Origin: Paraspadella gotoi
Lineage: Eukaryota; Animalia; Chaetognatha
Direction: 5' to 3'
DNA: 64,000 bases
Assembly: GCA_051294375.1 (NCBI GenBank)
Contig: CM119264.1
Coordinates: forward strand, 4,739,352-4,803,351
The stretch's first letter is position 1. Every line of letters begins with the position of its first letter. A program made the position numbers and the translations under genes. The notes below the pieces were generated by a model. The model was not told the DNA's origin and searched no databases. It was given only the letters and a program-made list of their open reading frames with translations. Positions 49,401 to 64,000 of this stretch are shown piece after piece.

Positions 49401-51840
49401 CCGCGAGCAAAGTCCGCATGGATACTGTCCAGACTCTCAAGCTTCCGAATTTCGCGTTTCAGGTCCTTCTCCTGAGAGAACCGGAGACAACAATAAATCT
49501 GGATTAGTAGCAGATGAGACACGTTAGTATCATTTTTTTCGTACATTAAATTATTAAATACATAACAATTCTAGAGTTAGAGAATCTAGAACGGTTTACA
49601 TACAGAACTGTATTATAAAATATCCAGTTCTAATTTTACGGTTGTGAGGGACAAGTAGGGATTCCAAGAGAAAAAACATGTCCCGTTATAATCATACGTA
49701 TAATATTTCTTTTCGCTTTTTCTATAACTTTTATTTATATTTCCAAAATTTGTACCCACCGAAACGGCGAAATTCATTTTTTTCAAGTGTTTCGTCGAGT
49801 TTCCTTCCAAAAATTTAAATCGCGAAATAAATTTTACAATTTTCGATCGGATATCTTCATATCGAATTCTTTTGAAGAAAAAAAATTCGTTTGAGATATG
49901 CCCGAGACTTGCGAATTTATTAGAATTATTTGTTTAACTGCTACCAAATCTGTAAGATGCAAATTGATCATTTAACGAGCTTAATAATCTATTATTATTA
50001 AAATAATAGGTATAGTAAATAGCATTAAGCATTAAGTAAATACTCAAAACATAATTATTTTCAATATATACGAATATCATAAAACACCAAAGTTTATTTT
50101 GAATAAGTCGTCTGGATCAGTGTTATCTCTCACTTATGCGTCGTTTAAAACAAATTTTATTCGAATCAGAGATAAAGGTATCTTTTAAAGTGGAATTTCA
50201 AGTGTTTCGACGAGGTTCAACAAGAAATTCTATCAACTCGACATACTACGAAACGTAAATTTGTTTCAATTTAAGAAAATAAATGAAAGAAACAAAGCTA
50301 GCCAAACAGCGCGAAAGACAAAGTCCACAAAGCCTACGAGAATTAAACTAGCTCTCTGGGACAAGCATGGTTCACAGCCAAAGTTATTAATGGCCTCCGT
50401 TGACAAAAAACAACTACACGGCCAACAAAAATATTCATTAAATTGTTTGTTCACGCGGAAGCGGAGGAAAAAGGGGACACAGGGGAAAAACAAGAACGGT
50501 GATTCCAATGTGTTGCTCCGCAGTGACTTTATTTTCACGAATATTTTTCTTCGATCATATGATATCTGTATGCATCAAATTTCGTCTTTTATTTCTTATA
50601 GTTTAAGGATTTCCTGAAGGCGGCGCTAGCAGTCACTTAGATTTAAGGTTTCTTCTGTCTTAACAAATGAGCAACTAACTATAAGCAAATTATATGCATG
50701 TTTAAAGTGGGACAGACCGACGGAGAGACATACCGACAGACCGAAAAGTGACTTATAGAGTTGCTCCGCGAGTACTCGCGGCGTAACTAAAAAAAGAGAT
50801 AGAGATCCAAAGTCTTATCACAACGAGTGGGAGTAATAATAGGGGGAGCCTAACTCAGTAAGGTGGTTAAGATATTTTAATTAAGCACCTGCTCAAATGA
50901 AAATTTAGACATTTTAAAAAAAATCTGAATAGATAAAAAATTTTAATATTACTCCATACTCCATATATTAATTTTTTAATATCTATTTATGAATAGGAAA
51001 GACTAAAACTTTTTTAGGATTTTAAAAGTTATCTCCACAAAATATAATTCTTTTTTCGATATTTTGATCATAAGTGAGTGAAAAATATGAAAAACTATTC
51101 ATCATCATCTTTCAATAATTTTATTACTTTTTCTTAATTTTGACCAAGAAAACAGTGAAGATTGATGAAAAAAAATTTGTATCATTATATAGTAATATAG
51201 CAACAATAAAAGCATTAAAATCAGTAGACTTCAAGACTAAAGTTTTGAACCCCCGCCCCTATTGAATTGAATTTTATAGTAGATTTCTAGTAATAAGCCC
51301 ATTTTCCGAATACGCATATTATGAAACTTGGTTGTACCCATTTCATAGCAAAAAAATTAAATTACCGTAACGATTAACGATTTGGCTTTCTTCGGTTTGA
51401 TGTCCCTCGAATGTCGTTCCGCCTCATCGGAAATATCTAAACGGTTTGTTTTTTTTTCTCGATAAATAGATAGAAAAGTAATTAATTTAATAACCGCGTT
51501 GCCCACCCTCTTTGGCGAAAGAGACCCTGGAGGCGTGGCCTTTGGAGTCGGCGGGAACGAGATCTGAGGGCGAGCAGTCTGCGGTTTCCTCGCTTCTTGT
51601 CCCTCTCGATCCCCATTCTCCGAGTCTGGAGGGCGACGCCCCCGCCGACGCCCCCTCGCGACGAAGTTTCGGCCGAGTCGGACGCTGGTCGTCAGCGCGA
51701 ATCGGCGCTATGGGTTGAGGGACGGCGCCGCCACCCCCAGCGCCCGCCACGCCCTGACGGTTCGAGTCCGGAGCGAGCGTCGACCCCTGAGTGTCGCCGG
51801 GGTGTGTCGCCTCGTCGCCGCAACCGGAAGTGGAAGACAT
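18415..51840 (-). CDS. SLC4 anion exchanger (AE2/band 3-like Cl-/HCO3- exchanger), ~33 exons, two alternative last exons
   Basis: Approximate exons: 51840-51507, 51436-51366, 49471-49317, 49252-49095, 48795-48700, 48291-48199, 44507-44379, 44324-44185, 44097-43943, 42538-42434, 42251-42121, 37893-37814, 37746-37563, 37486-37350, 34796-34702, 33700-33650, 32903-32701, 31886-31742, 31644-31514, 31431-31191, 30985-30849, 30714-30561, 27647-27565, 27477-27314, 27229-27001, 23206-23039, 22970-22808, 22191-22024, 21951-21862, 21772-21696, 21613-21505, 21437-21345, then 21076-21011 or 18480-18415. Motifs: [97 protein letters not shown] (AE1 E681-equivalent), [27 protein letters not shown]. The core is certain; the 5' exon chain is less so. 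Confidence 0.93.
18609..18775 (+). mobile_element. tRNA-SINE-like / Pol III-promoter element, copy 2
   Basis: TGTGGCGG start with a hairpin and B-box CCGGGTTCAATCC. AAGCGAGAC, CACTGA..GAAGCCCC and AAGCCAAC.AGT are shared with copy 3. Confidence 0.5.
19042..20215 (+). mobile_element. Helentron-type non-autonomous element (HINE-like) carrying a nested MITE
   Basis: Sub-terminal inverted repeats GCCGGATCTGC (19042) and GCAGATCCGGC (20199), an ATTGTT end and a CTGTC/GGTC microsatellite. Homologous to 11020-11627. Confidence 0.65.
19278..19885. mobile_element. Fold-back MITE with an 8-bp target-site duplication (hAT-like)
   Basis: Ends TAAGGCGTAGT and ACTACGCCTTA. The element is near-palindromic along its length (for example 19475-19555 vs 19613-19698). 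It is flanked by perfect CTCCTCAC direct repeats at 19270-19277 and 19886-19893. Confidence 0.8.
21011..21076 (-). CDS. SLC4 proximal terminal exon [21 protein letters not shown]
   Basis: TATAG acceptor, phase 0. It starts with the same EGID as the distal exon. Confidence 0.7.
   Translation of the reverse strand, partial: EGIDKEDDDEEEKHEDYAWNL
23774..26496 (+). CDS. Four-TM (MS4A/FAM189-ENTREP-like) membrane protein with PPxY motifs, 7 exons, nested antisense in SLC4 intron 23207-27000
   Basis: Phase-consistent exons 23774-23814, 23888-24051, 24131-24306, 24445-24691, 24790-24877, 24950-25342 and 25479-26496 link several ORF-track fragments. The product has four hydrophobic helices, a Cys loop ([12 protein letters not shown]...[14 protein letters not shown]) before TM4, and a long charged tail with LPPY and PPPPY. 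The family call is from recalled pattern only. Confidence 0.75.
26883..26928. repeat. 17-bp tandem repeat CCGTATAC(C/T)ACCCTATA, about 2.5 copies
   Basis: Directly visible in the sequence. Confidence 0.7.
28839..30156 (+). CDS. Alpha carbonic anhydrase, secreted/GPI-anchored type (CA4-like), 5 exons, nested antisense in SLC4 intron 27648-30560
   Basis: Exons 28839-28974, 29123-29205, 29275-29551, 29645-29892 and 29971-30156. The product has a hydrophobic N-terminus, [18 protein letters not shown] (His64-equivalent), QLHFHWG (Zn His94/96), [13 protein letters not shown] (His119), [17 protein letters not shown] and NKRPLQ. It ends in TNSAT plus a hydrophobic tail. Confidence 0.95.
31890..32620. 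repeat. Polypurine (A/G) low-complexity tract
   Basis: About 730 bp of AAAG/AGAG variants. The K/R/E ORF here is an artefact of this tract. Confidence 0.9.
38050..39135. mobile_element. TA-flanked TIR element (Tc1/mariner-like, non-autonomous) interrupting a satellite array
   Basis: TA|TTGTCGGTTA ... TAACCGACAG|TA. The same TAATTGATTGATTGATGTAATAG repeat units lie on both sides. Confidence 0.5.
38149..38385 (+). mobile_element. tRNA-SINE-like / Pol III-promoter element, copy 3
   Basis: TGTGGCGG with a GGCGGT/ACCGCC hairpin and a GTTCCATCC B-box variant. It shares motifs with both copies 1 and 2. Confidence 0.5.
39160..40400. repeat. Composite 22-23 bp satellite array
   Basis: TAATTGATTGATTGATGTAATAG units, then GATGGATGTGATGATAAGCAAAT (23 bp, ~39290-39875), then TCATTCATTGACGCGATGATAG (22 bp, ~39878-40400). 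Confidence 0.92.
41080..42015. mobile_element. Tc1/mariner-type MITE (long TIRs, TA TSD), copy 1, containing a 100-N gap
   Basis: TA|CATGGTGACAATTTTACAAGCGCCG ... CGGCGCTTGTAAAATTGTCACCATG|TA. It is an inverted homologue of 52067-53024. Confidence 0.85.
42651..43265. mobile_element. Dispersed repeat family (possibly Helitron-like), copy 1
   Basis: Near-identical to 50841-51290 (AGGGGGA..TAACTC.GTAAGGTGGTTAAG ... TTGAACCCCCGCCCCTATTGAAT...GTAGATTTCTA). A weaker fragment lies near 33250-33420. Confidence 0.7.
45292..47819 (-). CDS. Three exon-like ORFs (47819-47297, 46904-~46442, ~45982-45292): alternative SLC4 N-terminus or a same-strand nested gene
   Basis: GC-rich open frames bounded by phase-compatible splice sites. 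The last exon has a degenerate 14-aa repeat and a phase-0 GTATG donor compatible with the 44507 SLC4 exon. No domain was recognised. Confidence 0.4.
50700..50795 (-). mobile_element. Helentron/HINE-like terminus
   Basis: GACA/GACC microsatellite followed by AGTGACTTATAGAGTTGC, a CCGCGAG/CTCGCGG hairpin and AACTAAAAA. Confidence 0.5.
50841..51290. mobile_element. Dispersed repeat family, copy 2 (internally deleted)
   Basis: Colinear with 42651-43265 and ends ...GATTTCTAG|T. Confidence 0.7.
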
Positions 51841-52066
51841 GATCGCGATAGAATGAGGTGTGGCGAGAAATGCATAATCAGCACCCCCGATTGATAAGTT
51901 CTAGAGTTGGGAGTTTCTTCAGAGCAGGAGTCGGGTTTTTACTTTTGTCCTTGAGTTATGTTGAAATAAAAAGTCGGTTACGATAGGACATATGATGTCA
52001 TATTGCGATATTAGATTCAGATTTTTTTGTCCTTTGAAAAGCTGAAAGCCGGCAAAATGCTATTTA

Positions 52067-53024
52067 CATGGTGACAATTTTATAAGCGCCGGTAAAAAAA
52101 CGCTGTCATTTGCAAACCAGTAGTTATTTCATTGATTTTAAAAATCAGTTGAAAAGAAAATATTAAAGTAATTTATATGTTCAAATTTTATATTGATCAG
52201 TATATATGCCTTAACAGTGAGTGGAGAAAGTTGGCTTGTAAAATCGGGTTTCATTTTCCAACTCACTTTTTTTAGATTCAATTTTTTTCTCTTACTTTCA
52301 ATAAGTTTTCTGAAAAAATTTGAAATAAAATAATATTATTATTATTATCTTTTAAAAGCCCTTTCAAATCTAAATAGAATGACGTACTTACAAATGTTAT
52401 AGTATAAAATTTAACCAGCCCAGTTTTAATTTAATTAGGATACTCAAAAATGAAACATCTTTCCAAAAATCAATATCTGGAAAATAAATTTAACATTTTT
52501 ATCAAATTGTGATTGGCTATCTTAAAAATTCTTTTTTCAGGCTCTTTCATGATACTTATATAAACAATAATATTTTAAGTTATAATAATTTAAACAGGTC
52601 ATATATTTAAAAAAAAAGATTTAAAATTTTATATAATTCACTTTTGACTCTCTTAATTGAACCAAGTCTGGGCAGCTCAATTTTTATGTTAGAGCTTTTG
52701 TAAGTATATCATTCTCTTCATTTTTTTAAGGGCTTTCTGAGGATTGTAATATTGTTAATATTTTAATAAATACTTTATTTAAAAAGTACTAAAAGTTGAA
52801 AAAAAAATTTAATTTAAAAACAGGGAGTTGGAAAATGAAACCCGATTTTGCAAGCCAACTTTCTCCACTCATTGTCAAGGCATATCTTAACTGATCAATA
52901 TAAAATTTAAATACATAAATTACTTTAATATTTTTTACTCAACTAATTTTTAAAATCAATGAAATAACCACTGGTTTGCAAATGACAGCGTTTTTTTACC
53001 GACGCTTGTAAAATTGTCACCATG
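52067..53024. mobile_element. Tc1/mariner-type MITE (~200-bp TIRs, TA TSD), copy 2
   Basis: TA|CATGGTGACAATTTT...GCTGTCATTTGCAAACCAGT ... ACTGGTTTGCAAATGACAGCG...AAAATTGTCACCATG|TA. No transposase ORF is present. Confidence 0.9.
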
Positions 53025-53816
53025 TACTGCACAAAATTCCATTTTTAATTCAGCAAAGAGAAATTTGTTTTTGTTACTACAACAATTTTATTTGATAAAA
53101 ACAGACATGTTTCGACTCTCTTTTTCTTTCTCTCTCTCTCATAAATTGTTATCAAATATTTCACAAATGTTAAAAAGCTCTGATGAAGACTCACATTGGA
53201 GTAACAAAAACAAATTTCTCTTCGCTAATCTCATAAACACAACGAAACGAAAGGTTATATTGAATAATATTTTGAATTCACAAAAAACCGCTTATTAACA
53301 AAAAACAATGTTGTTATATGTTGTTAAAGTATGTTATTAAATGCTGTCATATGTTGTTGTATATATTGATTTGCATAAGAAAATTGTGTACAAACAGCTT
53401 GCTTTTATTCTTAACGAGAATGAAAAAAAATAAGTATATCCTGTTAATAGTTCTTGCAGCAGAAAATAAAGATAAATAATATGTCAAAATTTTTTTCTGG
53501 AAAAAGAAAGGAAAGACAACAATTTAATATATCGCAAAGAAAAAGCAATTGTCAAAATGAGAGTGATGTTGATTTTGTAATAAAAGTAGACAAAAGTAGA
53601 TTGTCGAGAATGAAGCAATGTTTAAGTTAAACAACAAGTATATATATTTTTTCCTTCCTGTAGGTTAATTTGGGAAAGATGCCATAAAAAATTTGTCGAA
53701 ATGTCGAAATTATACGTTCACACATTAAAAATAAGTAAAAATAACACACTCCATATCTTTATTTTTTTTTATTTAAAAAAATGTTGAATATTAAAAATTG
53801 TAAGAAAAAAAAATAA

Positions 53817-54209
53817 AATTTTACTTTCGCCGACCGGTATTTTAGCGTTTTTTAAAAAAAATATTTAAAAATATTAAAATTAAAAAAAAAAAATTTTACT
53901 TTCGCCAACCGGGGTCGGGGGATATAGGGTTATGGGTGGTTTAGGGTTATATTAGGGGAGGTTAGGGTTAAGAAAGTTTATGATTAGAGTAATTAAATAA
54001 TATTTTTTATTAATTTTTTTTAAATAAATATTTTTAAAAACCCCAAAATCCTGGTCTGCGAATGTAAAATTTTTACCAAAAAATTTTAAAAATTATTATC
54101 TAATTACCCTAATCCTAAACCCTCTTAACCTTAACCACCCTTAACCCACCTATAAATCACTCTTAACTCTAAACCCCTTAACCCAGGTCGGCGAAAGTAA
54201 AATTAACCC
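53817..54209. mobile_element. Two telomere-motif MITEs, one (53892-54071) nested in reverse orientation inside the other
   Basis: Four AATTTTACTTTCGCC(G/A)AC-type ends (two forward, two reverse). The inner copy has a TTAGGG-rich core and the outer copy a CCCTAA-rich core. Confidence 0.7.
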
Positions 54210-57200
54210 AAAAAAAAACCGCAGTGTGAGGAGTAAAACGAGCAGTTCTAAGAAAAGAAGAGAAACGTGTCCTGGGCGAAAAAATTGCATTATGTAAATG
54301 CGGTTGCCGTCGTGATATCTCATGACTGCTCATATGTCTGGTTTAAGCCAAGACCATAAGGGGGAGCATATTAAAACGATCATCTTTCGAAAACAAAGTA
54401 CAAGAAACTAGTATATATAACTATATAAGGCTAATAAACTGAAAAATTTGTAACCATTCTTTGTGTACTTGTCAATGAAAATAGAATAAAGTACGTAAGT
54501 TTTAAAATTGACCAACTAACTAGCTTTATTTCCTGACTAAGAAACACTGACATCATCCGAAAAGCATAGCCATAGGCTATATAATTTTGAAATACAACGG
54601 AATAGATGGCGGAGTAGCTAACTTGCAAGAAATAAAAGTAAACTCACCAAAAATAAAAGGATGAAATAAATCGAAGGTAACTTGAATACAGTTTAATGAA
54701 TCAAGAGGATTGAGAATAAAGAATTCGGTTAATTTTGTCAATGTCTTGGATATGTTTACATGATTATGAGAAGATGTGTTGACTGTAAAATCACAAATTT
54801 CACAGGGTTCAACTCGAATGACTCCTCCCCCCCCCAAAAGTATCAAAGAGGATATTCCTCTCACCTTGTTTCCCCTTAGGAACGACGCTTGGTAGAAAAC
54901 ATAAAATCAATTCAGAAAATGAATCGAATAATGAGGCGAGATAAATAAAATATGAGTAAAATAAAAACTAACAAAGAATAGCAAGGGGGAGCGAGAGATA
55001 TTGACAAACTTCTTCACAAAACTTCTAAACGTAAATAATTCACCAAACTTCACCGCTTTTTTTTTTTACTTCGAAAGTATCTCACAAATAAACAAAGTTA
55101 AATTATTATTCTTGGGAATGAAAGAGCTTTTAAATTAGGTTGTTATACAAGAATATCACATAGTAAAGCAAAATAAGGCAAACGTTAAACATAGTAACGA
55201 AACAAAAGATTTCTACCCTTCAAAAGTTTATATTTTTTTATCGATAAACGGAGCTGCATTTGAACGAATAGCGTTTTTTATTACATAAGTCGGTCCCCGG
55301 TTTAGTAAGTTGTTAAGTACGCCATCCATCATTTCGGATGCGAATTAAATTTAGAAACAACGTGGGTCAGAGATTCGAAAAAACGAAAACAGATTTCGAC
55401 GACCATATTTAACTTTTTTATCAAATAGCTTTTTTTTTAGCAATTATTAACATTTACTTATCAAACTATAACGGAAATTTTTAAAAAAAATTAACTATAA
55501 AAAACTGACGATCATACCGACGATGTTGACCCAGTCATTTCATAAGTCCTTGACCAAAATGGGATAAAAGCGGTTCTGGGAAGTATTTTTGACGACTTTT
55601 TCGAATTTTGAGGTAGAAGGGGTTATCGCTTTGCTCGGGGATTTTGAAGTCGAGCCGGGGCGGGGCGGTTGGATGGTGACAAAGGGGGATTCGCTTTATC
55701 GAGATGGCGCGGATGCCGAGGGCATTCCTGACGCCAACTCTCTCTGTGGCTTGGGGGACGACGTTTGCTCCTCGGGGAGGGGGGACGATGACGGGGGCAA
55801 TAAAAATGTTGTTGTTGGTGAGAGGGAATCTTGCGGAAAGTCAAAAGAAAAGTCAATTACGGTCGGAAGAAGAAAGGTTTTGAAAAAGACAATAATGTGG
55901 GAAGAAAAGGTAGAAATCAATGATTTGAATAATAAAAAATCGGCAAAGTAATAAAATTTAAATTGTCAAAGGATCATAAAGTACACAAAAATACTTTGCA
56001 CTGTAGACAAAACAGTTTAATAGATGTACAAACTATATAAGGACGATAGAATTTACATTAAGTTTATTTACAACGCATGTAATGTTTAAACTGTTATTCC
56101 TACAATTAATCAACATCTTCAGCACACAATTTTTTTTTAAAGGTTACAGATCCAAAAAACTGGACTATTTAGAATATAAAACGCAAAAAAAATTGCAACG
56201 CTAAAAATACTACGGTAACATTCCAAGTTTTAAGGACTGCATCTTTACTCTGTTTAACAACTGGAATGAGAGGCATTATTTAGCCATAGCTAAAGTTGTG
56301 ACTAGAAAGAATAAAAATGACGTTAGAGATTGTACAAGTTACTGGTGATTTTCAAAAATAAAGGAGGATCGATAGCATCATCAAATCACTGTTGACAGCT
56401 GCATGGTCCAGTGAGACCGCGAAGGACAGTTTGGGAAAACATCGGGAGAAACGTCTACAATTTCTGATGCCGAGCAAAAGCCAGCTGGAGTTCAGAGGTC
56501 ACTGCAAACAAAAAACAATTACATCTTTGAATTGTATTTTTCTTTAAAAAAATTCATGCCTATTATGAGGGGGTAATTTGGCGTAACTTTTTTTTCCAAA
56601 TACGATCGACCGAAAGATAAGAATTAAGAAATGACAGGGACTGACAATAAATTCTGACATAATGAGGGAAACGGAAAAAACTAGTCACGAAATAGAAGAG
56701 GTCATACACTAAAGGTTGAATCAAGGACAAAGCGCTGACGAAATTTAAGAGAGAGAAAAAAAAAAAAAACAAATAGCCGTACCGGCAAACCATTTTCTCG
56801 TCACCAGATTGTTTCTCTCTCTATCTTGGAATCCCGATAGACAATCGCAAAAGTTAAGTCCTTCGTAATAATCGCATATTCTCAACGGGCAATAATCTGA
56901 TCATGTAAAAAAAAAACCTAGAGGTTTGCGATTGTCGTGTAACGCTTCATACGCGAATTTTCTTTTTCTTTCTAGTCAATGGACAAAAAGCGGTTTGATC
57001 CCCAAAGAAAATGGAAGAATACGCGAGGCAAAAATAGCATACATTGAATTCGGTTATAAAAAATAAGTAGGTTTTTCTTCATTCGATGATTATTCTACCT
57101 TCGGGTCCGTAATATTAGAATTAAATAAATAGACTTGGAAAAAATAGAGGGAGGGGGGGATGAAGCGCCGGATTACGCGGCCACAATTAAGTTTTTTTTT

Positions 57201-57256
57201 TCCTTTTTCTGGGGTCTTAACTATTGACGCATTTCCCCCGTTACCCTCTCTCCCTC

Positions 57257-64000
<6,744 letters not shown>

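Noticed and set aside
56380-56510. GC-richer island as a structured ncRNA
   Set aside because: No RNase P/MRP or snRNA motifs were recognised; it is more likely a liprin 3' exon or UTR.

Overview
This is AT-rich animal (probably invertebrate) genomic DNA with many short spliceosomal introns. All exon models were assembled by hand from GT-AG sites and reading-frame phase. In order, the window holds: the first coding exon of a calmodulin-like gene (-); an 8-exon TP53I13/DUF3105-like gene (-); a possible orphan acidic protein gene (+); a complete 11-exon SORL1/SorLA gene (-); a ~33 kb SLC4 anion-exchanger (AE2/band 3-like) gene (-); and the 3' part of liprin-alpha (-). The most striking structure lies in two nearby SLC4 introns, each carrying a complete antisense gene. 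One is a 5-exon secreted/GPI-type alpha carbonic anhydrase with intact zinc ligands. The other is a 7-exon four-TM protein with PPxY motifs (FAM189/ENTREP-like). A bicarbonate transporter therefore physically hosts a bicarbonate-producing enzyme and a candidate NEDD4-family adaptor; any functional coupling is inference. The SLC4 gene also shows two duplicated terminal exons, His-rich alternative exons and an abrupt GC-to-AT codon shift. Introns hold several non-autonomous transposon families, a graded satellite array and three diverged copies of a Pol III-promoter-like structured element.
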